From positions 2,212,616 through 2,276,615 of the forward strand of contig MU004186.1 in the NCBI GenBank assembly GCA_010093605.1: a stretch of DNA of 64,000 nt. The letters run 5' to 3'. Below are positions 25,100 to 39,193 of this stretch, one piece after another; within the stretch, counting starts at the first letter, position 1; the number at the start of each line of letters is the position of its first letter. The DNA comes from Lophium mytilinum (lineage: Eukaryota). Both the position numbers and the translations under genes were made by a program. The notes under the pieces are model-generated. The model was not told the DNA's origin, searched no databases, and saw only the letters and a list, made by a program, of their open reading frames with translations.

Positions 25100-25741
25100 T
25101 CAAGACATGTTGTCTGCGTCAATGTCAAGTCGACACATAGCTATGATGGTTCTCTCCGGCTCCTCGCCGAAGTCGGTGTCCCCAATGTACCCCAGCTTGC
25201 CGAATTCTACCGTGGCGAACGCCGCGCACGTTGCGGGGGCGGTACCAGGGCGATTTCCAGCCCTTGAATACACGGAATCCTCCGGAAGGACGTTTCTCAA
25301 CCACAGAGCCTTGCAGTAGTAAAAATTCTCAAGGCTTTGCGCCCTCACAGTGTGGATATTTGGGCGTAGAGTAGCTTCATGCGACTCGTGCTCATCCGCC
25401 TCCCAATCTTGAAGACCAAAAGATGACTTCAATAAGCCATTCAATTGGGGCAGCCCTACTGCTTCGGCGAAGAAACCCATGAAGATTGTAGTGCCGCCGC
25501 GCTTCGTCCAGTCAACTACCGCTTCGAGGAGAGTTTTATTTTCTGGTTCGTCAAATGCGATGGCTGGGTCGGTGACAAGGATTATTGATGGCAAGCCAGT
25601 CGATAGATAGTTCAAAGCATCCTGTGCAGTCAAGGACTCATGGACAGTCGCTCGTGATAGGAGCTTAGGGAGCAGAGAAGGATAGAGCTGTCGAGAAGAG
25701 AATGAGAAACCGTACAGCGAGAGGACGAGTACAAAAGGCAT
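25100..25741 (-). CDS. Conserved-looking fungal hypothetical protein (alpha/beta fold)
   Basis: ORF from MPFVLVLSL with LVTDPAI, VVDWTKRGGTTIFMGFF and GKLGYIGDTDFGEE segments that resemble a recurrent fungal family. Confidence 0.7.
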   Translation of the reverse strand: MPFVLVLSLYGFSFSSRQLYPSLLPKLLSRATVHESLTAQDALNYLSTGLPSIILVTDPAIAFDEPENKTLLEAVVDWTKRGGTTIFMGFFAEAVGLPQLNGLLKSSFGLQDWEADEHESHEATLRPNIHTVRAQSLENFYYCKALWLRNVLPEDSVYSRAGNRPGTAPATCAAFATVEFGKLGYIGDTDFGEEPERTIIAMCRLDIDADNMS

Positions 25742-26195
25742 AATTGATGAGATCAATGGTCCCGAAGAAAGACTAAAGGACCTATAAGAGTAGTGCCACG
25801 GAACTAGGTTGACTGAGTGAGCTCGAAGTGCATTCAGGCACCACCAGCATGTACAGTGAGGAGGATTTTGTAAACAAGCGTTGCGCAAGAATTAGTAGGT
25901 CGATCATACGACCTTGAGAAGCCACGCGCGATAGACTCAATAGATTTGCCAAATTAAGATGGAGTTATAGCTGAACCGGGTTCTGGATGAGGCGAAAGGA
26001 GAGCTTCACTTGATGAGTGCGGTGATGTGGTGAAACGATGGCGGGGAAAGGGGACGTGGCACACGAGTCGGCTTTCAAGGCTGAGCGCCCAGCAATGACT
26101 CGAGTCCCTGACGTCCACGGGTTGACTCCTCCATCCCGCTAGGCTGCTGCAAACATTCCACAACCTCACATCAACGACCCTGACAGTCTTCAGGT

Positions 26196-28265
26196 ATGGC
26201 GCAAACCAAGGACCAGCTGTTCCAGCGCCCTCTCTATGGTGAGCCACTCGCGCTCCAATCTAGACTTCTCACTAATCATATCTCAGTCTTCGACTTGCCA
26301 ACAGAAATACTGTCGACCATCACTCTCAGAAATGCTGCCGAGCAATCCCAAGAAGCCGCCTCCGAAACAGCGCCATTGACCACGAGCGAGTTGGAGGAGA
26401 AAGTAGAGCCTGAGGATGGAGGGCCTATCAAGGCTACGTCATGTACACTCTGTGGCCTGCAGTTTCCCACCGTACAAGAGCAGCGCAGCCATGTCCGGTC
26501 AGACTTACACGGATACAATCTCAAACAGAAGATAAGAGGCCAAAAGCCAGTTGGGGAGGAAGAGTTTGAGGGCCTTATTGGAGGTCGGTCTTTGATTCCA
26601 TTGCCCAGGTACGGCGGCTGACATGGTACAGACCTGAACGAAAGCATATCTGGATCCGACTCCTCTGAGTCAGACGACGAAGACGACCAGAACGACGGAT
26701 CCAAACCCAAAGACTCTACTCTCAGCGCCTTACTGAAGAGGCAAGCCAAAATTTCTAACCCCGAATTCGAGGATTTCGCATCGAAAAGACCAAAACGCGG
26801 CGCCGGAAAACCACCTCTGTTCTGGTTCACCTCTCCTACCCTGCCCGAGAACACGTCCTTGGGGATTTACCGCGCCATATTTTCTGATGTGGAACAGGAA
26901 GAAGAATCTCATATAGTAGAAACCATACGCAACAAACAGCTCGCACCCGTGTCACTCCCTAAAATCAAAGCCAATGCTGAAGGAGCAGCGCCGGCTGATC
27001 CCGCGAAAATTGGACCCCACTATTTCCTTTGCATGATTGGGGGAGGTCACTTTGCTGCCATGGTCGTGTCCTTGGCCCCCAAGATGGGGAAAAAGCACAC
27101 AGGCATAGAGGAACGCCAAGCCACCGTCCTGGCGCACAAGACATTTCACAGATATACTACTCGCCGGAAACAAGGAGGAGCGCAATCTTCCAATGATAGC
27201 TCAAAAGGCAACGCTCACTCGGCCGGTGCTTCAATTCGTCGATACAACGAAGCAGCACTGATGACTGAAGTGCGAGATCTTCTGAAGGAATGGAAAACCA
27301 TAATTGACACGGCCGAATTGGTTTTCATGCGAGCTACAGGAAGCGCTAATCGAAGAGCACTACTGGGTCCTTACGAGGGCCAAGTGCTGCGGAATAACGA
27401 TCCCCGCAACCGCGGGTTTCCATTCAGTACGCGTCGCGCAACGCAGAAAGAACTTATGCGAGCCTTTGTTGAGCTCACGAGAGTCAAGACAAGTACAATA
27501 GATGAGGCAGCCTTAGCGGCTCTTAATGCAGCACCGGCGGCTACCCCCGAGGCTTCAACAGAATCTACCAAACCATCAAAACCTCCTAAACTATCGAAGG
27601 AGGAAGAAGCAGCTATACTACATACTGCACAACTGACTGCATTGATTCGCCGCTCAAAAATACCAGCGATACTAAATTACCTCAGTTCCAATAAACTATC
27701 CTCAACCTTCCAATTCTTTCCAGCAAACCATCACACTCCGACTCCTCTTCATCTCGCATCATCTTTGAACGCCGGATCTGTAGTCCTTGCGCTACTCACA
27801 AAGGCCAAGGCCGATCCGACAGTCATGAGCGACGACGCACGTACACCGTTCAGCCTAGCTGGTGACCGAGCAACCCGTGATGCCTTCCGGGCTGCAAGGG
27901 GCGAGCTTGGGGAAAGCGCATGGGATTGGAGTCTTGCCGGGGTCCCTGCTCCTCTTTCAAAATCCGAGGTCGCAGAGCGTGACCAACGGGATAAGATTGA
28001 GAAAGCCGAGATAGATAAGCAAGAGGCGGAACGACGCAAAGCGGAGACTGAACGTCTAAGGAGAGAGAGTGCGCAAGAGGAAGCCAATAAGCGGGACAAG
28101 AGGTTAGGGAAAGGGAAGTCGCTCGGTGGCCAGCCTGAGAAAACCGGAGCAGAAAAGCGTGAGGAAGAATCGAGGGGATTAACGCCCGAGGCTAGGATGA
28201 GGATTGAGCGTGAGCGAAGGGCGAAGGCAGCTGAGGACAGGATGCGGGGGTTACGAGGCAATTGA
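26196..28265 (+). CDS. VMS1: Vms1/ANKZF1 ribosome-quality-control factor (C2H2 Zn finger, VLRF1 domain, ankyrin repeat, coiled coil)
   Basis: CTLC...HVRSDLHGYNLKQK zinc finger; MIGGGHFAAM and HKTFHRYTTRRKQGGAQS VLRF1 motif; TPLHLAS ankyrin; C-terminal RERRAKAAEDR VIM-like motif; two introns near 26239 and 26584. Confidence 0.95.
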
Positions 28266-28496
28266 AACAACTGGAAAGACAAGATTTTATCCTACCTTAT
28301 TTTTAAGCATGGAATCGTCAGAAGTGGCGTCCTAGAATCGGTAGGGTGATATGTCTTGGGCTCTAACCCGAAAGTCTATAGATGCCGCACTCAATATTTC
28401 ACCTGATACGGAGGCTCAATGTGGGTACCCGATTCGCACCGCGACCGTTCAACTAACAAGGCCCGAGATCTCAAACTATCAAGTCAACCGCTCCCC

Positions 28497-29390
28497 TTAT
28501 CTCGGCCAAGTGCAATTAGCCCCAGGTGAACCATGGTCGACGTACCATTTGTTCATTTTCTCATCCTCCCAACGGAGACACACCTCTGCTGTAAGACAGT
28601 AAATTCGCTCGCCATCGGCCGTCTTCGCATCGAAGGTGAAATTGTAACACGCCTGTTGAACTTAGCTTATCCTCTCGCAAATCACCAAGTGCACTCACAG
28701 GAACGCAATACCGTGGCATCACCCAACCTGCCAAGCTCGTAAGCGCGAAGTCCTCCACCGGCGGACAGCCGCCTTTCTTGTCAAGCTGCTGGGTGTCGTT
28801 GTGAAAAGGACAAAAGCCCCAGCTTTCGGTTTCTCCCGCTGTATGATTGTACCTTTACGAGTTTAGTTATTATCCCAACGTTCTGGCCTTCCTCAGGGCT
28901 TTGAGACCACTTCCTTCATAGGACTTGAGGAAGTTGACTTACCCATATTCTTTACAGTGGCTGCCGCAGTCTCCAGTCATCTCGAATGTCGCTTTCAAGC
29001 CCACATCCTTGAGGTAGGTACCTTTGAAGTATAAGAAACGGTAAAGTTACTGATGAAAAGCGTGGTTTACCATAGATGGAGACGCCGAAACCACGATCAC
29101 TACATAGAAACAATCAACTTTGATCTTGAAGACGTGATATACACAGCAACTGACAGGTATAGCGGCTGAGGGTTGAAATTGATCATTGAAATGTTGTATA
29201 GATCCGTTTGTCTCGACTGATTGCAATAGCTGAATGGCGAGCCGCCCGGTATAACATCTGGAAGCGCATGATCTGCTACCAATGCCTCATCTGACAGTAC
29301 GTGTTGTCTAGCTAGCGAGTCTCCACTGGTGAACCCCCAAGATACAGATCGCGCAGCGAAGAGGAGGGGTATCGTGAGTGATGGTCGCAT
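28497..29390 (-). CDS. Secreted ML (MD-2/NPC2-like) lipid-binding domain protein
   Basis: Signal peptide; IPGGSPFSYC, FNPQPL, GCPP and YNFTFDAKTADGERIYCLTAEV segments across about 5 exons. Confidence 0.75.
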
Positions 29391-30198
29391 GGTGGCTATT
29401 CGTGAAATTGTAAGTTCCCACTCAGAGTGTCCGTAATCCGAAGAAAGAAGTTCACGCTGAAGTCGGTTCTAGTGGATGTATTGTGGTCCTTCAGGGCGCC
29501 TAGATGGTTCGAACTGCACTGCCCATGCAGGTGTCTGGGTGCCTAGTGGGGGCAGCCTGGGGACATGCATGCAACCGAGCACCCCAAGTTCAGCCCTATA
29601 TATTTAGAACAGCCTCCCAAACATGGAAGAACATGCCTTCCCCCTTGAATTTCCATCAGCACAAACGGCCCTGTCAGATCTCGCCCTAATTCCTGATCCA
29701 AAGTCTTAAGAGCACCATTTGTCCAACATTCACCTTTCTTCAAAGGTAAGCAATCACTTCACGTCCCGACACTTCGCCCCTATCTGGTACAGCTTCTAGT
29801 TCACGTGGTAGGGAGTTTATTTCACCTTTGTGTCTCTATGTGTGTACATGTGGTTGATACTGTTACTGAAGGATTGTAAAGACGTTGGAGATGTCGTTTT
29901 GCTGGACTCGGTTCTTATTTCACACCATATTTGGACATGTCTTCAACGTACTTCTATAGCTTTTTCCCGCAAGCTCTATTATTAGGCGTTGCATCACTCA
30001 GATAACAGGCCTATCAAGAGCTTCTGAATGCAAGCTTAGCCATTCCGCATCATATGTTTCGTATTATTCGTCAGAGCTTTTAGGGCCAGCCACCCAAAGT
30101 AGCAGCAAACACATATGTAGACCCTGTTATCGCAAGTACCTTATTCTCAAAACTCACTTCGGGAAGTGGCCACAGGCTGTGGCCGTACCCCAGAACTC

Positions 30199-32577
30199 TC
30201 AAAATGCTGTCCGTCCAGTCTTGACCTCAGCGCAGAAGCCAGCGTCCGCACATGCTTTGAAGAAACTCCATGAGCGCCAAGTCACAGCCGCGGTGAGCGA
30301 CGAAGTTCAGTGTGATAGCAAGTTGCTCTTCAACCTGTGTCATGTTAGTATTACGCAGAGCTTTCAGCTAATTGCCTGCTTTAGTCACTCACATGAGAGA
30401 TCGCACTCATGTACGGGATCTGACCAATGGGTACGGTAATATCCGTAGTCTACAGATATCATGTTAGCAACAACTTACCTTTTAATGTGGAAGGAGCCTT
30501 ACGGGTGCAAACGGCGCTATTGACGCTCCGCGCATAGCTTCCGCGAAGTCAGGGAAGTACTGTGGAGGTTAGCTAAGGCTGGAGGTGCGGTAAATGCGCG
30601 GACTGACGTCTAAGGTGCGGTCGCGGTACTCAGGAACGCCACCACCGGTATCTGCAATCTGGTAAATCCACAATCCGTCGGAGCAGGTGTCGTTATTCCC
30701 AGGGATGACATGCTATAGCGTAATTAATAAAGAAGTTTTAGGAGCCTGCTCGGCTTCCGTAGGCCTCGTCATGTGCTATGGGCAACTTACGTTGTTGATG
30801 AAGTCAGTAAACTCCCACGCTCTCTCCGTATTCTCATCATAATATTCTTTCGTGTACGTCGGGCTCTCAGCCCACGGCGTTCTCACGCTGACATCAAGCT
30901 CAGGATAGCGGCCCCCGAACTCTTTGCCGTAGTCTTCCACAAACTGCCTCCCCATGGTGACCCACTTGTCATAGATGTTCAAAGAGCTCACATTCGTGGT
31001 CCATTCGCCCATAGTGCCATTGTAGCCAACTACCTCCTGAAAGATTTGGCTTGTGTTCTGATATTCGATCGTCATGCCCAGTACAGTGGTGACGTTAGCG
31101 ATCCAAGAATCGATCAGGGATTGAGCGGCGCTCGAATTAACGGGGAACCATTCGGTGGGATAGATGATCTTCTTGGGGTAGGCGAAAGGGCCGGGAGCTA
31201 AAGCGGGTTTTGCCTCGCCTTCCCAAACATTGGCAATGGTTTGGGCTAGTGTGTGTTAGTTAGTAATATTAGGGCCGTCTGATCAATGAGAAACGTACCC
31301 AGGACTGGATCGCGAGTAAGGAAGCCAACGGAATCTAATGTGATGGCGCTGGTGATGATACCCTCGACTTCTACCGCTCTCCAGGTTGTTCGCAGACTTA
31401 TAGTTGTTAGCACATTTGGCAGTATGTTCGTGAGAGAAGGACAATACCCGTAAATCCCCGCTCGGTCGGCAGGGTTTCTTACACTCCCTCCGTGTCAGTC
31501 CCAATCGTACAATCCAGCTCAGGATACGCAGCGATCGCTGCCGCACTTCCATAGCTAGAAGCGGAGAGGCCAAGGTAGCCATCAGCGCGCGGATTCCAGG
31601 AATACGGTATATCATCGGTTTGGTCTGGCCAAGCTCCCCATGCGAATGTGGCACTCTTCGTCTTGCCCAAAGGTACTGCTCCCAGAGCGATCAGTTTAGC
31701 CATTGCAGGCGCAGTCTCGTTCTTAGGGTTGTTATAAAGCCGCGCATATTCACGAGACCCGCCACCTGTAATTATGCCGTCAAGATCGATGATATCATTG
31801 ATCGCGAATCGACGACCTGCGAGCGGATACTGCGCTAGGCCAAGGAGACTGGTGTACAGCTTGGAAGGGTACGGAATCATGATTTCGTATTGCTCTGGAT
31901 GCCAAATCCGCGCGTAGGCATAAGAACCGTCGTCGTTAGGGGTTGCGCCAGTCATGAATGCGTCGTACTGGTCGTAAAAAGTCGCGTAGGTCGGGAAAAG
32001 CGATAGCATTCCGGATTCAATCTTGCCGACATATGGTCCTGGCGGAACGATACCTGTGTTCTTGACTGACTTGCCAATCGCGCTTGAGCATTTTACTCGG
32101 TCGTCGATCAGGAGATATGGTAGCGACAATGACTTGAGATACGTTATGGCGGATTCGTCGAGTTCAGCACCCTTTATCAGCGAGATGATCTGAAGGCCTG
32201 CGGTCCTACATCAGTAAAGCATCTGAAGTATAGATTATCAGACAGTAATCACCAACTAGAAAGTCTGCAACATAGACATCATCCTTTTTGTATTCTTCTA
32301 TCGTGTCTTCAATGACTTTCCCGGTGATGATGGTTGCATTCAATACCACCACCGTGAAAGGAACAAAATCAAGCTCCCAATTTACCCCATTCTTACCAAT
32401 GCTGTAACTTCCAACGGCTGTGGACTTTCCTGGAGAGGGGACATAGTATGGGTTCGTCGGTTTACCGAGCGAGTAGACTATTGAGCCGTCGTAGTTGGTC
32501 AAGAGAACTTTGAAGGGTGAGGCGATCCCAAATGCCCAAAGGAGGGCGAAAAGCACGACGAGTCTGGCGGACGTCAT
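30199..32577 (-). pseudogene. Secreted amidase-signature family gene with a frameshift at the catalytic Ser motif and Lys>Asn at the catalytic Lys
   Basis: Signal peptide MTSARLVVLFALLWAFGIAS; amidase motifs GKTK, WNPRADGY, SSYGSAAAIAAY, LDSVGFLTRDP. GTDT/GGSVRNPA is broken by a 1-nt deletion at ~31490, and FAINDII replaces the xxxKDxx motif. An assembly error is possible. Confidence 0.7.
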
Positions 32578-33786
32578 GGTCTTTGCGATACGGACGCCCT
32601 CGAGTGCCATGGCGCCAGCTTTGTATGTTGCAGGAGTGCTTGCCAACTATTCTCTCATCGCTTCGCCAGTGCCGCTTATTACTAGCGAAGGTTGATAATA
32701 TGATAGCGCTACACTCGGTGCCGTTAGAGGTGAAGGGAAACGCATTGATACACGAATCATCTTCCATGACAATGTTAGCTAGTAGAGGCGGATTTGGTGA
32801 AGACTCAGGACTTCTTGCCGGCATCTTGGCTCTTGGCTGTCCCGACGGAACGATAAGGTTCAGTAGAGGTGCAAAGAGTGGGATACTCGGGTGCCGGCAC
32901 ACTGGAACTCTTCCGACAGCTTCAAGACCAAAGCTTGGCGAGATTCTATCTCTGAGAGGGGCCTGAGAGCGAGGGGTATATGGTGTTGTGGTACCCGGAT
33001 CTGAGAGGAGGTTCTTGGCACGCTAGGCATGAAAAAAGTGGCACACTAGAACTACAGCAGTTCAACACTGGCTGAGGTGGCCCAAAGAGCTATCAGGCTT
33101 GCCAGAGCTGATATTTTGTGAATAGCAACAGCATACTCGAGGGCCTCAAGCAGTGCTAAACAAGCGTATATAGAAAATGGAGAGAGAGCGTATATACCTT
33201 ATAGATTTATACTGTAGACTGCCACTCTCTATTAATACTTAATTACCACGCTGCTTTCTTAGATGCATCTGTTTACCACTGCTTGAAGTGCCTCAACAAG
33301 TTTCCACAGACCCTAAAAGGAAGATGCTCTGTCCCATCTGAACTTCCGAAAATACGCTGAAGAACTCCAAGCAGTGGCACACACCTGTAGAATAGAGTGC
33401 CACCTTTTCATGCCCCACGTGCCTGGGTGGGATGTCGCCGAGCAAGTCAGTTCGTACAAAACAACACTGTATTTACGGCACGTGATATCCGAAAACATCT
33501 CCGAAACATGATCTTCAAGATCTCTAAGGCCCTGGATGCGCCTGGTTTCACTCAATTGATCGAGAAGAGCAGTATGGCACGTGGTCATCACGAGGAATCG
33601 CGTCTATCTGGCGACACGCGACTTAGTGTGACGTAAGCTAGGGCATCCTAGTCTAGACTAGCGCGCTTTTCAATGCCCACCATGATTTAAGCTTCGTCCC
33701 GTTAGCACCCCTCGTCAACACACGTATAGACTCCTGTATGTTTCCTCGGTGTCTCACCGCGCTACCGCATTTTTCAGTTTGTCCCA

Positions 33787-36700
33787 ATGTCGCCCCAATG
33801 CAGAGCTCTCGAGCTCTCGGACCCGACGGCAAAGACGCCATGCGATAAGCCGGCAACGTCGACCGACGGGCGCCTTTGCAGCTTCCACGCTAGACAATGT
33901 CACGGTATGGGACCAGAGTCTCCCTAAGTATCTTCATCAGCTCGTTCTATGCTAATATCCCTGCTTCAAGCGTTGTACAAAGGATACAAGAGGAGAAATG
34001 CCCAGCTTGACAGCTTAACCAACTTGATGCCATCATATCTAGCTAGTACTAAGACCGCCCTTGTCAACCAGAACTTCGAGGATGTCAGCGAGGAAAAGAC
34101 ACTAAGAGAGCTGCACGCCTACCTATTCAAGAGACAGAACATCCTCTCGTCCGTCATTCGTGGAAGAAAGCTGCATCACAGCCATTTTTTCGCTGTTGAT
34201 ATGGATTACGGCCACGAGAAGTATCTAGCCCAGCTGCAAAAGGAGAAGCATACGATTGCACGCGCTCTGGAGAGGCTTGGACGGAGAACTGCCGATATCC
34301 TTTACGCCCAGCGTTCTTGGTTTCCATGGGTTCGCCAATGTCAGGATGACGACGAGGCGCAGCGCGAAAATGAGAGCAAGAAAGTCAAATTAGAGGCTCA
34401 GTTGTTCAGGCGGCATCAAAAGGAGGTATTGCGACACCAGAAAGAGGTCATGGCGAAGGAGAACCAGAAGCGCGCAGAGGCATTCCTCAATGAAGTATAC
34501 ACGCAGAGACTTTCTGAAATGACCGAAGCGGAACAGGAGGAATGGGATCCAGTGCAGGATGTCGCCGAAGACGAGCGGGACAGCTACATCGATCTCATCA
34601 AGTATTTCTTGATGCTGAAGGATTCAGATTCAGAAACCTCTGATGCAACCAAATTCGAACGAGCAGGCAACGGCAACGGCGCCGGAAGTGCACCTCCGGA
34701 TACGGATATTCCGAAAACGACGAACGGTGCGAAAAAGAAAGGGAAAAAGAGCAAAGCGGATCCCTCAAAGACCGACCCTGTGAAGACTAATCCTGCGATG
34801 GCGGAACCCGGAAATGGAAAAACCAACGGCACCAGCCCAGAGAAGGGCAGTGCTAGTAACATTGAAATGGAAACCCAGGCCCAGATTAGAAGTCGCCTGA
34901 AAGAAGGCGTCAACTTCATTCGCGGAGGAGGCATGCATATTGCTGGCACTGTTGAGGCTCCGCTCAAACTAATGAGGAAATCGGCTCCAATGCCCGACAA
35001 CGAAATCGATGACCTTCTCCAGGACATTGCCCAGATTAAGACGCTGCTATTCTGTCGATTGCTGTTGTCCCACGCCAAACTTTTGCCAGTGGCGTTACGC
35101 GTTGAAAGCATTGAAGAATTCTTGAACGATGCAGAAGTTACGCTGGAGGATTTGCGAGATCTGTGCCTAAAAGTGGAGCAGCCCGGGCTACAAGAAGTCC
35201 GGGATGCGTGCGCTGATTTTGCGAGGGGAGACGAGGAAGAGGAAGATCAATTAGACGACAGTGGAGCAGAGGAAGAGGGAGACGAAACTGCAACTAATCA
35301 TGGATATCGTCCCCGCAAAATGTCGAGAATCAATGGCCTGGATGTTGGCCATGTATACCAAACCAAACGTGAAAAGGCGATGATCAAAAAGCGACAGGAA
35401 GCCCAAGAGATCTTAGAGATGGACGATCCCGCGACATCAATTGACTTCGGTGTCATCACCGATGAAGGCCAATTCAGTAAGAAGAAAATGCGCATCAGGA
35501 TCTGTGGCCATTATATCCATAATTACCCGAGCGAGAAGGCCATGAATAGGGGAGGCTGGTTTCACTTCTGCGTCATCGCGAAAGACTCCAATCTGTAGGT
35601 GATTCTCATCAACCTGTCCACTCATGGACCACTGTACGGAGCGCTTCAATGAAGCTCCAAGCGTCAATACCAGACGTCATGCTTGACACGGCCGGATTTG
35701 TGATAATTGTCGAATGCTGGCAGTCACGGTGATATCCTGACCTGGTGCATCGGAGGTTGAGCCGGCAATCAAGAGTGATGGCCGGACACGGAGGTTAAGT
35801 AGTTGTGGGAAATTCGTGTGCATAACTTACTAATTTGATACTACATGATCATATTTGTCTTTAGCTAACGTACTTTACCAGGTTTGACGCCATTACTCTG
35901 TGCCGACATTGGGATGAGTTCTTCGAGCTGAATGTCTTGGCTACATACCATTACTTCCCCGGCACCCATTGGATGACATGGGTTGGCGATCGCTTGCGAA
36001 ATCAATTAATGTCTCTGGTAGGTATTGTTCGAATGCCTTTAGAAATTGCAATATTAACGCTGCCACAGGGTTTTATCCCGTACGTCCAGAACGACGTCGC
36101 GGACGAATTCACAGGGTATTATCAATCGCCACGACGTCAAGGCAGACGATCGCATCATATCACAGAAATGAGGTATGGGTTTCCTATTATATGACTTTCG
36201 CGGCACTGCTGATACCAGGAACAGAAACTTCATCTGCGGCCATGTCAAGCGTAACGATGCAGCAAGTCGCCGGCTCATTCAATACCTATCAATGGAGACA
36301 TCAAAAGTCATTGTTCTTGTCCGTGACGCAAAGACCGGCCAAGTACTAGTCACGCCTCCAGATGATCAACTTTGGCTAGTTCGCCAGAAGACAGGGCTTG
36401 GGAGAGCTGCAAAGAACGACTACGACGTGCTCAAATCTGTTGGCACCGAATTCTTCGAAGCCATGGATAGCTGTCGACGATGGCATTTTGGATTTACGGA
36501 CTACTATGATATCTACCTCTGGGATGCTACAGCTGGCGAGACATTTCCTCGATTGTACAACAAACTTCGTCAAGTGAGCCGTATTTCTATGCAAGCCCTG
36601 CTCTCACTCAAACGCTCCGTTTCTAACTTGGGTAGATGCTGCTTAAAGCACAACGCTGCGTTCAACCTCTCGATTACTTCAATTTAGCCGGGCCAGTCAT

Positions 36701-38947
36701 CAAGACTCTTACGAGGGACCGAGACACGATGAGAGCACGTACGATCAAGCCCGGTGAAGTCGTAGAAAGCATATGGGACGAGATCCATCATCCCGAAACA
36801 CGCATGCGAGCCCTGGACATTAACAACCAAGAAGTGAAAATCGAGGACTCTCTGATGAGTTATCTCTATAATGAAGCAGACGTTCTTGAGGACCAGATTC
36901 TATTCCCTGAAGAAGTTTTACAGAACAGGAAGAACGAACTATTTAAGGATAACCCAAACGAAATACAGAAGTTCGAGCGAGGGCCGCCTGGCGACCTTCG
37001 AAGATTTGTAAACGACATGGATACCGACGAGGAATTGTCCGATGATGAAGATCATCTCAAGATCACTGAGGGGGAACCTGTGCTACATGCCTCTCAGGGA
37101 GGAGAGCCAATCAACGACGACGACGCATGGACTGACACCAGCGACGAGTCAAGCATGGGCGAGGAGGAAGAAAAGGCTTTGATTGCTTTCGAATTCCAAT
37201 TCAAGGAGTCTCTCGCCAATAAGGAGTCTCTCGCCAAGGATGAGAAGGAAGATCGTGTGCGAAATCTCGCGAAACCGCTATTGGACGCCACTATCCGCTG
37301 GCCATCCTCTGATACTAGCATGATCGACGCCGATATGATGGCCATAATGCGATTGAGTCTTACTAAGACTGATAGAGACTATGCCGACACAAGCGACGAG
37401 AGTATGAGGAAAGAGTACCTTCGATTCATCGATCGCACAAAGTCTAAAAGTAAGTTTAATCCAGGTACACTGCCTGGTCATATGCATGCGTACCCCTTTT
37501 TCGTCGTTGCCTGAAGTCCCTGGATACATCGCCCAAGACTTGGTCGAAGCTTATCTCAAACAATGATCTCCTATTGGAAAAGCATTGTGCCGCACACACC
37601 CATTGATTTTCGAAAGTCTCTCGAGGCAATTCAAGCACTGGCAAACAAGTTTACACACAGTCACGATTAACGACTGTTCTCTCCTCCGTAACCCATGGCT
37701 AATGGATTCGCAGTTTTCAAAGATTGTTGGCACAAGGCTGATCTGAGTCCTGGTGCAGCTGAGACTTACGCAGAACTCCTAAAGGTTGTCAGAAAAGCGG
37801 ACGATTACATAATGTCTAAGATCAACATGGGGCCTTATGAGATGCTGGCATTCATGGGAATGGCGTCCAAAATAACACAACATCGCCGCATCGTTCCCGA
37901 CGCCTTCCTTGCGTACGCAGCAATCCACATGTTTTTTGAGACGACAGGTTTCCTTTCTTTCGCCTTGAAGGACTCTCAACTAGACCTCAGCGAATCGTTA
38001 CTGCTGAACCAAGCCGAACGAGCAAAGCATCCGCCGAGCAGAAGAACATACAAGAGCAACAAGACGATTGACAAGGGCTTTTTCAAAGTTTGGGACGATC
38101 TTTTGAGGGCCAATCGAAGAAAGCCCGGTCAGGATGTCGACGACATTTATCCTCTGGAATGGGATATTGCCGTCAGGCCTATTGTGGCGCATCGTGAGTT
38201 GCATTCATCGCGTTTTCTCTCGTGCGTTCCTAACGGCTGACGTTGGTGAAACCGTAGTCTACAAAGCCGGTGTAATTGGCAATTCGTACGCTGAATTCGT
38301 CTACGGCAAGGCCGTACCCATCGCTGAGCCCTCTCGTCCAATGGATCTCTACATTGACTGGCGTCTCGAAATAGATAGGCTAGTATCCACTTTTATATCG
38401 TCGTCGGTTTCTGTATATTAGGAGATTTGCTATGCTAACGTCTTCAAGCTCTAGACCCATCATACCTAGCCACATCGAAGATCCCACCAAGCTTACAGCA
38501 GATACCCTCCTTGACAGTGCTCGCAAGTTCGCGACGTCTAACCCTGGTGCCCGATTCTCCATCCTGCGTTTGTGGTCAGCACCGCACTTCTACCCTCTCA
38601 TGGTCGGCCCTGAACGTCGTGCGTCGACGAGTTTCTTGGACTCTGTGGGGCGAGCTTGGGAGTGGAAGTTTGTACCAAAGGATATGCCATGTTCAGAGTG
38701 GAGCATCCAGTACGCTGCACGGATGCGAATTGACCCATACAAGCGCCAACTCGGGGACCAGGTTGTTCTAAAGAGGGACTTGTACCTCGTTATGGGGAAG
38801 GATGCGGATGATTGTAAGTTGCGAAGTGCTGGAGTGACGTGGGCAGTGCAGACGGAGCCCTGGCGACTGGAAGTGGATTTCTGGAGGAGCTTTGTTGGGG
38901 TCGATCTGGAGTTCTTGGAGGGCCTTGACAAGGAGTGGTTGGATTAG
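33787..38947 (+). CDS. Large uncharacterised fungal protein (>1300 aa) with N-terminal Cys/His cluster
   Basis: First exon MSPQCRALELSDPTAKTPCDKPATSTDGRLCSFHARQCH, then multiple introns joining the ORFs 33949..35598, 35937, 36175, 36636, 37695, 38134 and 38432..38947. Confidence 0.8.
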
Positions 38948-39193
38948 GAGGCTCGGTCACGTGACGTTGACTTCTGTCTGCCATTAGCTGGAGACGGCAT
39001 CAAACTGTGAGGTCTCGAATTTAGCGTGTATAGTAGCGGCCTTGGTGACAATAATAAGGGTTCAGATACCATAAAACCCTTTCAATGACGACATCGGAGA
39101 TGTGACGATTGTTGAGCACGAGATTGAGCATGGGAATACATGTCTTAACAAGCACAGATAATGCATATACACCGGCTGAACGCGTCCTTCGAT

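Noticed and set aside
33170..33250. Short AT-rich patch containing CTTAATTACCAC, shared with the MULE TIR
   Set aside because: 12-nt match only; no partner TIR or TSD.
37203..37238. 18-bp tandem duplication (KESLAN-KESLAK); also a ~25-aa duplication in the RING protein (~40710-40865)
   Set aside because: Ordinary in-frame slippage in low-complexity coding regions.
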